Notes under the pieces: generated by a model | Told to the model about the DNA's origin: nothing | Seen by the model: only the letters and a program-made list of their open reading frames with translations | Database searches by the model: none | Shown: positions 47,779-59,035 of the stretch, in pieces | Position numbering within the stretch: the first letter of the stretch is position 1 | How the letters are laid out: every line of letters begins with the position of its first letter | Position numbers and translations under genes: made by a program | Assembly (NCBI GenBank): GCA_001805445.1 | Contig: MHGF01000028.1 | Span: 9,651 to 73,650, forward strand | Direction: 5' to 3' | Origin: Omnitrophica WOR_2 bacterium GWF2_43_52 | GTDB lineage: Bacteria; Omnitrophota; Gorgyraeia; Gygaellales; UBA12090 | Length of the DNA: 64,000 bases

Positions 47779-49081
47779 CTCTACACTCCTGTTTTTGATG
47801 CTGCCACTTTAAGGCTTTATGCTTTACATAATTGATTTCTTCTTCTTTTGTCCTAAACTTTCCATCCAGTTTCGCGTAAAAAAGCTCTCTCAGGATTTCC
47901 TTAAACCGCGGGCCGGGCGCCATGCCCAAGGCCTTGAGTTCCTCGCCATTAAGATGTATCTGTATTCCCTTATGAAAAAACAAAAAATCCGTAATCTTGT
48001 TTCTTATTTTCTGTTGGCGCGCCTTGAGGTACACAAGTAAAATTACTTCATCGGGGACTACTCCCAATACCCTGTAAATTTCGCTGGCACTCTTTGCTTT
48101 CTTGAGCCTCGCCAAGATCCTTTGCGATTCCTTTTTAAACAGCACAGCGGCATTGGTTTCATGTTTCCTAAAAGCAAACTCGGAGAGCACCCTCTGCAGG
48201 GTATGCGGCTCTAAGTCTTTCAAAAGAATGATTAAATAAAGAACCCACGGCTCTACTTTATGCCTATGGGGAAACTCTTTGATAAAACACTCATAAAGCT
48301 CTCTGATTTTTTTAAACAAAGGATAGCTCTTGGATGAGACTTTAAGCTGTGGATGGATAAATTCAAACCCGTAAAGTTGGTTGATTCTTCGCAGGCAGCC
48401 TACGACAGTATGCTCCTTTAAAATAAGGATAAGCTCGTCGCGAAGGCGGTGCTTATGCACCTTTTCAAGCATCGCGCGCGAGGCTGCCTCACGGAAAAGC
48501 CCCCGCGTTTGTTTTTCCATGGAAAAACCGAAACGCTGTTCAAAGCGGATGGCGCGCAGCATTCGCGTAGGGTCGTCAATAAAGCTTGCCGCGTGTAAAA
48601 CCTTAATCACCTTCTTTTGCAAATCCTGCCTGCCGCCGAAATAATCGACGAGTTTTCCGAAGCTATTTTCTGAAATATCAACGGCCATGGCATTAATGGT
48701 AAAATCCCGGCGCGCGACATCATCGTGTATAGTCCCCGGGCTTACCTTGGGCAGGCTCCCCGGGCATTCATAAAATTCTTTACGAGCGCTGGCAATGTCT
48801 ATTTTTACTTTGTCATGAGTAATCAGGGTCGCGGTTCCAAAACGCTTGTGCGTAACAAAATCTACTCCCATCTTTTTGCTAAGCTCCCTAGCAAACAGGA
48901 TTCCATCGCCTTCAACTACAATATCCAAATCATAATCCTCAACCCCAAGGAGTAAATCCCGGACAAAGCCTCCCACCACGTACGCCGGATACCCCAACTC
49001 CTTCGCCAGGTTGCCAATAAACCTGAGGCGCTCCAAAACCTCTTGAGGCTGTGTATTTAATTTTTTGGTTACATTATCCAT
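47765..49081 (-). CDS. cca: CCA tRNA nucleotidyltransferase / poly(A) polymerase family protein
   Basis: 438 aa. 'GGFVRDLLLG...DYDLD' Pol-beta head domain. Confidence 0.85.
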   Translation of the reverse strand: MDNVTKKLNTQPQEVLERLRFIGNLAKELGYPAYVVGGFVRDLLLGVEDYDLDIVVEGDGILFARELSKKMGVDFVTHKRFGTATLITHDKVKIDIASARKEFYECPGSLPKVSPGTIHDDVARRDFTINAMAVDISENSFGKLVDYFGGRQDLQKKVIKVLHAASFIDDPTRMLRAIRFEQRFGFSMEKQTRGLFREAASRAMLEKVHKHRLRDELILILKEHTVVGCLRRINQLYGFEFIHPQLKVSSKSYPLFKKIRELYECFIKEFPHRHKVEPWVLYLIILLKDLEPHTLQRVLSEFAFRKHETNAAVLFKKESQRILARLKKAKSASEIYRVLGVVPDEVILLVYLKARQQKIRNKITDFLFFHKGIQIHLNGEELKALGMAPGPRFKEILRELFYAKLDGKFRTKEEEINYVKHKALKWQHQKQECRDEQD

Positions 49082-49084
49082 TAT

Positions 49085-49300
49085 TTTCTAGTGCTCCGTC
49101 AAATCAATTCTTATGAGTAAGCGAAATTTGACTCCGCACTTCCCTGCCTCGCCTTGCTCGGCAAGGCTGGCGCTATGACCCGCCAGCGGCGGGACTGAGC
49201 ACCCCCCAAAGCGTGGATGACGGTCTCCCCCACTCCCACTTTAGTGCACTGATAATCATTAAGAACTAAGTTTACAGTGCACTAGTGCTTCGTGACATAA
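49085..49300. repeat. Y-family structured repeat, copy 3
   Basis: tagtgctccgtcaaat...atttgactccgcacttcc plus hairpins plus ctgagcaccccccaaagcgtg...ctcccccactccc plus terminal hairpin agtgcactg/cagtgcact. Confidence 0.8.
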
Positions 49301-49321
49301 ATTTTTGCTATCTGCAACACT

Positions 49322-49493
49322 TCACTTGCCAGCGGGGGTGGCAAGGTTGTGTTTGAGCGGGGCGTACGGAAATTTTCGCGGCTTGGACTCCGCCGCAGGC
49401 GGAGCGCGGAAATTTACGCCGAGTGAGGTCTGCCGCAGGAGCAGGCCGAACGTCCCCGCGAAAACATAACCTTGACAGGACCTCCGCCCTATA
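49322..49493. repeat. X-family structured repeat, copy B (inverted relative to copy A with respect to the shared flank)
   Basis: Both copies follow the motif cgtgacataaattt..tatct. A is forward and B is its reverse complement. TIRs ggcaaggttgtg / cataaccttgacagg. Confidence 0.8.
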
Positions 49494-49581
49494 TTCAAAC
49501 ATGATAGCGCAATGTCAGAATCTAATGTCACAGCGCACTAGTATCCCTTATACACTTTACACTTACACACTTACACACTTT

Positions 49582-50493
49582 TTAAGGCCGGGGATGAAAC
49601 GTTTTATGTATTGTCTTAAGCCTGTTTTTGTCAATATGCGTGTAAATCTGTGTCGTAGAAATATCCGCATGGCCAAGCATCTCCTGGACGCTGCGTAAAT
49701 CCGCCCCCCCCTCCAGAAGATGGGTCGCGAAAGAATGGCGAAGCGTATGAGGCCTGATATCCTTTTTTATTTTTGCCTTACCCGCGTAATGTTTAATCAA
49801 TTTCCAAAAAGACTGACGAGAGATACGTTTTCCTAAACGGCTTAAAAATAAAATTTGGTCTGACGGCTGCTTCACCAACTTCGGGCGGGATTTCTCTAAA
49901 TAGAGCTTAATGGCATGCACAGCCTCTTTCCCCAAAGGGATAATCCTTTCTTTTGAGCCTTTGCCGATACAGCGTAAAAAACCTACATCGAGATTGACGT
50001 CGGTAACCTTAAGGGTTACGGCTTCAGAAACACGTACCCCTGTCGCGTACATAAGCTCTACAATAGCTTTATCCCTTAGGCCTTTGACAGAAGAAGTATC
50101 AACGGCCTTTAATAATAACTCTACCTCTGGCAAGGTCAAGGCATCGGGTATCCTCTTCCATAATTTAGGAGACTCAAGAAGGCTTGAGGGATCGGCCGCG
50201 AGAATGCGTTCTCGCACTAAAAAGCGGTAAAAAACCTTGATGGCAACTAAATTCCTGGCAATTGATGTGGGAGAAAGGCCTTTATCCTTAAGCGAAAACA
50301 TAAAATCGCTGATATTCTTTCTTGAGCTTGAGGATAATATGGCAATCTTCGCGCTATCAAGGTATGTGGAATATTTCTGAAGATCACGACGATACGAAAC
50401 AATGGTATTCTTGCTCAGCGCCCTTTCAACCGATAAATAATTCAGGAAACTATCAATAGACTGCTGCATAGTAATCACCGGCTCACGCCGCAA
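49582..50493 (-). CDS. xerD: Tyrosine site-specific recombinase XerC/XerD family
   Basis: 303 aa. 'HTLRHSFATHLL' and 'LGHADISTTQIYTHI' catalytic motifs. The likely true start is Met at about 50469. Confidence 0.9.
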   Translation of the reverse strand: MRREPVITMQQSIDSFLNYLSVERALSKNTIVSYRRDLQKYSTYLDSAKIAILSSSSRKNISDFMFSLKDKGLSPTSIARNLVAIKVFYRFLVRERILAADPSSLLESPKLWKRIPDALTLPEVELLLKAVDTSSVKGLRDKAIVELMYATGVRVSEAVTLKVTDVNLDVGFLRCIGKGSKERIIPLGKEAVHAIKLYLEKSRPKLVKQPSDQILFLSRLGKRISRQSFWKLIKHYAGKAKIKKDIRPHTLRHSFATHLLEGGADLRSVQEMLGHADISTTQIYTHIDKNRLKTIHKTFHPRP

Positions 50494-51119
50494 CTGCCGC
50501 CTTCAGAATGCGTTAAAAAGGGATTGGCCTTTCGTTCTTTCCCTATCGTAGAGTGAGGGCCGTGCCCGGGATAAATAATTGTCGCATCGGGCAAAACCAA
50601 TAATTTCTCACGGATGGATTTTATGAGCTGTTCATGGGAAGCTCCGGGAAAATCAGTCCTTCCCACGCTTCCGGCAAACAAGGTATCGCCGGTAAAGACA
50701 ATGGCATCGCAGGCAAAACATATTCCTCCCGGGGTATGCCCCGGAGTAAAAAGAACCTTCAAGATTATCTCATCAAGGATTATTGTATCAGAATCCTGAA
50801 CGGGCTTTATCTGGCCATCAACCTTAAAAGGATGGCTTAAAAAACTGGAAAGATTTTTATCGGGATTTTTTAAAAGTTCAACGTCTAACGCGTGAACATA
50901 CACAGGAAGATTAAATTCATTATCGGCCTGAATATGGTCAATATGGCCATGGGTATGCGCGATTATTTTAGCGGTGAGCTTCTTCTTTTGGAGAAATGCC
51001 TTTATCTTGGGGCAATCATCGCCGGGATCTATCAAGATAGCATTATGTGTGGCGTCACTTGAAACGATATAGCAATTCTCCTGAATTTCGCCTACGCAAA
51101 GAGTATCAACACGCATCAC
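50475..51119 (-). CDS. MBL-fold metallo-hydrolase
   Basis: 214 aa. 'HTHGHIDH' metal motif. Confidence 0.85.
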   Translation of the reverse strand: MMRVDTLCVGEIQENCYIVSSDATHNAILIDPGDDCPKIKAFLQKKKLTAKIIAHTHGHIDHIQADNEFNLPVYVHALDVELLKNPDKNLSSFLSHPFKVDGQIKPVQDSDTIILDEIILKVLFTPGHTPGGICFACDAIVFTGDTLFAGSVGRTDFPGASHEQLIKSIREKLLVLPDATIIYPGHGPHSTIGKERKANPFLTHSEGGSCGVSR

Positions 51120-51643
51120 AATAAATCCTTTCTAATCTTTAGAAAGGAAAAATTACGGCTGAGCCTTGATTTAATTCTCTCAACCTTGAGCCTGAGATAT
51201 TCATAATCAGGGCCGTTCAGGCGGCCCGCGAAGACAATCTCCTTGACTGTCTTAAATTCAGCAACAAGCGGCTCCATGGCCTTTGCCTTTTGCTCAGATA
51301 AGAGCGACTGCATTTTCAGGAGATTATCCAAGGCTTCATAAGCGCATTCCTTCTGTTTTTTGGCGTTATCATTTTCATTGAGATGAAGCAATGCTTCGTC
51401 TGACCATGTCTGCCAAAAAAGATAATAATCCATGTAAAGCTGTTCTTTGGAAACACTCGTTTCTGGATAAACCTGAGGCTCAATGATAGGCTCTTCCCTT
51501 TTAATCTCTTTTGGCTTTCGGGTAAACTTACGCACAAAAGCCTCGCAGCCGGTTAAAGTAGTAAGGAGTAAGCAGAGAGTAGAAAGTAAAATTATTCTGG
51601 TAACCTGTGACCTGTGACCTGTGACCTGTGACCTGCGACTCAT
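51116..51643 (-). CDS. Predicted lipoprotein (lipobox LTGC) of unknown function
   Basis: 175 aa. Signal plus 'LTGCEA'. N-terminus encoded by a heptamer tandem repeat. Confidence 0.7.
   Translation of the reverse strand: MSRRSQVTGHRSQVTRIILLSTLCLLLTTLTGCEAFVRKFTRKPKEIKREEPIIEPQVYPETSVSKEQLYMDYYLFWQTWSDEALLHLNENDNAKKQKECAYEALDNLLKMQSLLSEQKAKAMEPLVAEFKTVKEIVFAGRLNGPDYEYLRLKVERIKSRLSRNFSFLKIRKDLL
51604..51638. repeat. Heptanucleotide tandem repeat (cctgtga x4, cctgcga x1) at the 5' end of the lipoprotein CDS
   Basis: Read directly from the sequence. Encodes 'SQVTGHRSQVT' between the start codon and the signal peptide. Confidence 0.9.
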
Positions 51644-51697
51644 TGTATCATCTCCTTTCCCGCCTTACATTTAAAATAGCGCGGGATCCCGCCTTCC

Positions 51698-54434
<2,737 letters not shown>

Positions 54435-54508
54435 TTAATAGTCTATAGCCTATGGTCGATGGTCAATAGCCTCCATGCTATCACCTATCAGAATGACAGT
54501 CATCGGGC

Positions 54509-54790
54509 CTAAAACCTTACTTGAAAGCTGTTGAATTCACCAGAGGCATCCTGCCATTGGATAGCACTATCCTTGAGATAACGAGAAAATTCCTGTTTAA
54601 TCTTTTCCAGAAATTCCTTTATCGCAGCCTCTTGACCCTCAGCAACCAACTGAACCCTACCGTCAGAAAGATTTTTCACCCATCCGTTAATACCCATCTT
54701 AATAGCAAAACTCTCCGCGGTAAAACGAAACCCCACACCCTGGACCTTCCCCGAATAAAAGGCTTCTACGCGCTTACGCATACTTATCAC
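54509..54790 (-). CDS. acyP: Acylphosphatase
   Basis: 93 aa. 'VQGVGFRF' signature. Confidence 0.85.
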   Translation of the reverse strand: MISMRKRVEAFYSGKVQGVGFRFTAESFAIKMGINGWVKNLSDGRVQLVAEGQEAAIKEFLEKIKQEFSRYLKDSAIQWQDASGEFNSFQVRF

Positions 54791-55113
54791 TTCTTAAAGA
54801 CAAAAAATACCGCGCCAATCATCATGAGGAATCCCACAATATAATTCCACTTGAGCCCTTCCTTAAGATACACGACAGAAAAAACAGAGAAGACAATAAG
54901 GGTAATTACTTCTTGAATGGTTTTTAACTGAGCCGCGGAAAACTGGTAATGTCCTATGCGGTTAGCCGGCACCTGAAAGCAATATTCCACAGAGGCAATG
55001 AGCCAGCTTACCAGAATCACCATCCAAAGCGGAGAATTTTTATATTTCAAATGCCCATACCAGGCAATCGTCATAAAGATGTTTGAGATACTTAGGAGGA
55101 TGATTGTTTTCAT
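54787..55113 (-). CDS. Small DMT-superfamily membrane protein (DUF486-like)
   Basis: 108 aa. 3-4 TM segments. Confidence 0.6.
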   Translation of the reverse strand: MKTIILLSISNIFMTIAWYGHLKYKNSPLWMVILVSWLIASVEYCFQVPANRIGHYQFSAAQLKTIQEVITLIVFSVFSVVYLKEGLKWNYIVGFLMMIGAVFFVFKK

Positions 55114-55186
55114 ATCGATTTCATCTCAATGCCTGGCACTAAATGGCGTTTTGCCTGCCGTCAGGGTGCCAGACATCGGTTTGTAT

Positions 55187-56656
55187 TTATGCGCTCCTTG
55201 AGATGAGTGTGTCCTTAAGCAGCTTGCTCTGCCTCTCAAATGCCTGGCGAGGGTTACGCTGGTCCTTCATCAGGCAAATTTCCTGAGTAATGAGCCGGGC
55301 GATGTGCAGCTCATAGGTGTCCCGCCTCTGCGCCTCTTTTTGATACAATGGATGGTCGCGGTTTATATAAATAATCGTGCCTTCGGTAAAACATTCCGGG
55401 CCTTCAGGGGTAAAATGATCTATCGCGCAGCTTACCCCCTGCTGGCCTATTTTTAGTTTTTTGATCACCGCGGTATTGGTCAACCTCTTTACCGAGGGGG
55501 CTTTCTTGCGTTTCTTCTTAGGCTTTACTTCAGCTTCCGCCTTTTCTTCCTTTTTCTCGAGTTCTGCCCTTGATGAAGGGATATAGCCCGGTTGTCCGCT
55601 CGCGGAAATGCCTTCCCCTATCGGAATCAACCCTTCAGGGCAAAAGTCCGGGTTAAGTAAAAGGGCGTGTTTAATCTTATCCAACACCTCGCCCAGAGAC
55701 TTCCGGGAGCGGCGATTTTCCTTCTGATCAGAAAGCTCTTCAATAACCGGCTTCGCCCGGTTTATCACCGTTTCCATTACCTCTAAAAATTTCTTATACT
55801 GCGGCGTATCGCGGATAAAACCGCTTCTGTCGCTGGTGATAGGCAGAAAATCCGCGTTTACCTCACCCCGTATCCGGGCAATATTCTTGACCAACTTATC
55901 CAAGTCGAAAAAATCCCTGGCTACGGTTACCTGTTTCACCTTACATTCAATGCCTGCCTCAGAGATATCCTGCTCCAATGAGGAACTGATAACTATCTCG
56001 CCATAGATTACGCCATATTCTGTCCCTTCCAAAAAAGGAATCTTATGGCCGGGAATAAACCTGGCGCTTATTTTATGATTATTGAGGTACACCGCGAAAT
56101 CAGGAGCCTTTATCGGAACAGCTTCTATAAGCCGCCTTTCCACATCCGCGAAATCAAATCTTTTCGTCAAGCCTTTCAAAATTACCTTAGTGCCGTCTTT
56201 AAGCCTATGGTCAACCTCTTCAACCTCAAGGGGAATATGCCATTTATCTTTAGACTTTGCCCATTCAGATTTATCAAAGATAACCTTCGCCTGAAAATCG
56301 CCTTTTTTGGTCCAAACCTCAAAATGCGAACAGGCGGACAAAGAAGCAAATTTTCCAATGCCAAACTCGCCAATCCTCTCCCTGCCAAACCTCGGGGACT
56401 TGGGATTGTTTTTCTTAAAGGAAGAGCCGATATTAAAATACTGTTTTAGGCCGCTAATATCCATTCCCACACCATCGTCTTCCACCGCTATCACATCCTC
56501 TTGTAGCGTTACCTTGACTTCCGCGGCGTCAGCATCATAGGCATTATTCACCAATTCCCGGATAAGCTCAATAGACTCGCCATAAAGCCTCTCGCCAATA
56601 GTCACGATATGGCTTTTATCAACGGTAACCTCAATAGTATTTAACGGCTCTTGCAT
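55187..56656 (-). CDS. GHKL-superfamily ATPase (HATPase_c_3 / MORC-like N-domain) with uncharacterized C-terminal region
   Basis: 489 aa. Bergerat-fold motifs N-box 'ELVNNAYDA', G1 'EDDGVGMD', G2 'GEFGIGKFAS'. Lysine-rich linker. Start is 1 nt after the upstream NTase stop. Confidence 0.75.
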   Translation of the reverse strand: MQEPLNTIEVTVDKSHIVTIGERLYGESIELIRELVNNAYDADAAEVKVTLQEDVIAVEDDGVGMDISGLKQYFNIGSSFKKNNPKSPRFGRERIGEFGIGKFASLSACSHFEVWTKKGDFQAKVIFDKSEWAKSKDKWHIPLEVEEVDHRLKDGTKVILKGLTKRFDFADVERRLIEAVPIKAPDFAVYLNNHKISARFIPGHKIPFLEGTEYGVIYGEIVISSSLEQDISEAGIECKVKQVTVARDFFDLDKLVKNIARIRGEVNADFLPITSDRSGFIRDTPQYKKFLEVMETVINRAKPVIEELSDQKENRRSRKSLGEVLDKIKHALLLNPDFCPEGLIPIGEGISASGQPGYIPSSRAELEKKEEKAEAEVKPKKKRKKAPSVKRLTNTAVIKKLKIGQQGVSCAIDHFTPEGPECFTEGTIIYINRDHPLYQKEAQRRDTYELHIARLITQEICLMKDQRNPRQAFERQSKLLKDTLISRSA

Positions 56657-56657
56657 T

Positions 56658-57194
56658 TTATAACGAAAGCCTTCTTTTAAGAGAATGCGGTATACGCTTA
56701 GCTAACACTTTCCTTGTTTCCAATAGGCGCAGGATATCCGCCAAATCCTTCTGGCGTTTGCTTGGCCTGCGGCTTTCATCCAGCGCAGCCCAAATCTTTC
56801 CTTGTAATACATCTTCAATAGCGGCCACAGGAAGGGCATAGCCTAAGACATCCTTATTTTTAGCTCTTTTGATAAAATCCTGATATCTAGAATCGGTCTG
56901 GATTTGAATACGCAGGTCAGAAAAAGGGCTGGATATATTTACACTGTGAGGATACTCTTTGACTTTATATTTCTTAACGAATATCTCTTGCAATTCTTTA
57001 ATTTGTTGCGCCACAACCACCACATCCAAGTCCAGGCTTACTACCGGCTCCGCGTAGGCATTTACTCCTAAACCACCTATTATACAAAAGGGAATCTTTT
57101 TTTTCTTAAGCAAAACCACAAATTCCTGCAACAAATCCGTTTTTCCCTTAGTAACTTCCCTAAAGAATTCTTTTTTAGTCATAGTTAATTGCAA
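56658..57194 (-). CDS. Minimal Pol-beta-superfamily nucleotidyltransferase (MNT/AbiEii-like motif)
   Basis: 178 aa. 'IGGLGVNAYAEPVVSLDLDVVV' (G[GS]...DxD NTase motif). C-terminal 'KRQKDLADILRLL' helix. Lower GC than its neighbours. Confidence 0.6.
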   Translation of the reverse strand: MQLTMTKKEFFREVTKGKTDLLQEFVVLLKKKKIPFCIIGGLGVNAYAEPVVSLDLDVVVVAQQIKELQEIFVKKYKVKEYPHSVNISSPFSDLRIQIQTDSRYQDFIKRAKNKDVLGYALPVAAIEDVLQGKIWAALDESRRPSKRQKDLADILRLLETRKVLAKRIPHSLKRRLSL

Positions 57195-57435
57195 TTATAT
57201 ACTGTTACCCGCACCTCATTTTCAAATTATCCAAGCGTTGAACCAATCCAATCACCGACAAAATGGGTTAAGCTTATAACTACAAGGGCGATAATCGAAA
57301 GAGTGATTCATTTATTCAAGGCCTCAGGTATATTGTAAATGTATATTTCACTTATCGAGAGAGAGGGGCGTTTTAGAAGCTATCTATCAACTTCTAAAGT
57401 TGAGGTCTAACCACTCTGCTCCATCTTTCATTAGC

Positions 57436-57717
57436 CTAAAGAAAGCTTTTAAAGATTGCATATAACAATACCACTACCACTACAATTAAAAAAGCAGTCT
57501 TAATCACTCGAATAATCTCATATTCAAAATATCGATTTTGCCATGTTTTCATGGGGTCAGGAACTTGCTGTGTAGAATAGTCTATAATATCCTTTACAGA
57601 ATTGAAAGTAGGGTTGCCATTTTCGTCCTCGCCTATATAGGCGTGTACTTGCTTTTCTATTCTCATAAAGACCAAAAAGATAACAAATAAAAATAACCAT
57701 ATTAAATTACATCTCAT
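57436..57717 (-). CDS. Small two-TM membrane protein (hypothetical)
   Basis: 93 aa. TM at both ends with a soluble loop between. Sits between tRNA-Pro and the NTase gene. Confidence 0.5.
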   Translation of the reverse strand: MRCNLIWLFLFVIFLVFMRIEKQVHAYIGEDENGNPTFNSVKDIIDYSTQQVPDPMKTWQNRYFEYEIIRVIKTAFLIVVVVVLLYAIFKSFL

Positions 57718-57787
57718 GATTATTCTCCTTCACAAGATTCGCAAAACGCTTAACGAACCTCAAACTTCAAAGTAGAGATATAGGAAT

Positions 57788-57862
57788 TCATGAAAGTCGG
57801 GGAGGGCGGATTTGAACCGCCGGCCTTGTCGTCCCGAACGACACGCTCTAGCCAAGCTGAGC
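57788..57862 (-). tRNA. tRNA-Pro (anticodon CGG)
   Basis: 75 nt. Perfect 7-bp acceptor stem (CGGGGAG/CTCCCCG), D, anticodon (TGTCG/CGACA, loop TTCGGGA) and T arms (GGCGG/CCGCC, TTCAAAT). Discriminator A. CCA is not encoded. Confidence 0.9.
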
Positions 57863-57966
57863 CACTCCCCGGTCTGCTTCGCTCTACAACTTCTAAGAAA
57901 TTATGGCATGAGCTTCGCAGACCTTCTTGCTGCGAAGCCATACTCTTACAGATGGGCGGCTTCCCG

Positions 57967-58335
57967 TTAAAGGAAATATCTGGATACCCCAAATCCCAGA
58001 AACACCAAGCCTATTCCTAAGATATTGCTAAGGGCAATATTTAATACCGCCGAGAAATTTTCTCCGCTGCGCAATAAATGGAAATTTTCCAAGCTATAGG
58101 CGGAAAAAGTAGTAAAACCTCCCAAAACCCCGGTAAAGATGAACGCCTTCCAATTAGGATGAAAAACCGCCTTTTCGGATATCCCCCAAAACAGGCCGAT
58201 TAGAAAAGATCCGCTCAGGTTAACCAGCAATGTTCCCAGGGGAAAATTAGCGCCGGCCTTGGAAAAAGCCCCAGATACGCCATACCTCAATAAAGAGCCT
58301 ATTGCTCCTCCCCCTAAAACTAATAAAAACCTCAT
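57967..58335 (-). CDS. crcB: Fluoride ion channel CrcB/FluC
   Basis: 122 aa, four TM segments, CrcB family. Confidence 0.85.
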   Translation of the reverse strand: MRFLLVLGGGAIGSLLRYGVSGAFSKAGANFPLGTLLVNLSGSFLIGLFWGISEKAVFHPNWKAFIFTGVLGGFTTFSAYSLENFHLLRSGENFSAVLNIALSNILGIGLVFLGFGVSRYFL

Positions 58336-58405
58336 TTATACCTTTCTTATATCCCGCATGAAAAAGTAGTATAACAAAAAACCTGTCGATTAGCAATAAC
58401 TGATG

Positions 58406-58993
58406 TCAACTTGCGATGCGGGGATTATTATACTTAGCCAGGATGTCCGTTTCAATATTCACTTCAGAAGACGGGCCTTTAAAACTCAAGGTGGTATTCT
58501 GGAGAGTATGGGGAATAACATACACTGTAAAGGCATTGGAATGCTTGTTTACCACGGTCAGGCTTATTCCGTCTATGGCCACAGAGCCCTTTGGAACAAT
58601 AAATTTCAAAAATTCCGATTTAAGAGTTATTTCAAAGCAGAGATTGCCGCTTTTATGGCTCTTAGCGCGGATAAGCCCAAGGCAGTCTATATGCCCGGTA
58701 ACAAAATGGCCGCAGAGCCTGTCTCCCACCTTCAAGGAACGCTCTACATTTACTTTTTCACCAACACTAGCCTTGCCTAAATTGGTAAGTTTCGCGGTTT
58801 CTTCTAATAGTTCAAAACTCAAAACACTGCCGGCTTTTTTTACGACTGTTAAACACACTCCATTAACAGCAATACTATCACCAACTTTCGTGTCTTGCGC
58901 GGCTTTATCAGTTTGGATAGATAAGATAAGCAAACTTCCTTTACGAAGCGCGCTTTTAACCTGTCCTAATTCTTCAATTATTCCGGTAAACAT
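58406..58993 (-). CDS. ribE: Riboflavin synthase (alpha subunit)
   Basis: 195 aa. 'MFTGIIEELG' lumazine-binding repeats. Confidence 0.9.
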   Translation of the reverse strand: MFTGIIEELGQVKSALRKGSLLILSIQTDKAAQDTKVGDSIAVNGVCLTVVKKAGSVLSFELLEETAKLTNLGKASVGEKVNVERSLKVGDRLCGHFVTGHIDCLGLIRAKSHKSGNLCFEITLKSEFLKFIVPKGSVAIDGISLTVVNKHSNAFTVYVIPHTLQNTTLSFKGPSSEVNIETDILAKYNNPRIAS

Positions 58994-59035
58994 TTACACT
59001 CTGTTTTGGGCAGGCACAAGGCCTGCCCCTACAAT

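Noticed and set aside
57750-58020. 80-aa minus-strand and 76-aa plus-strand ORFs
   Set aside because: Both overlap the tRNA-Pro gene (57788-57862), which has a perfect cloverleaf. They are artefacts of translating structured RNA.
58336-58405. Possible fluoride riboswitch upstream of crcB
   Set aside because: The 70-nt spacer between ribE and crcB lacks the GCGAUGG...CUGAUG crcB-motif order on the coding (minus) strand. CUGAUG and GCGAUG-like strings occur only on the opposite strand and in reversed order. crcB is more likely read through from the rib operon.
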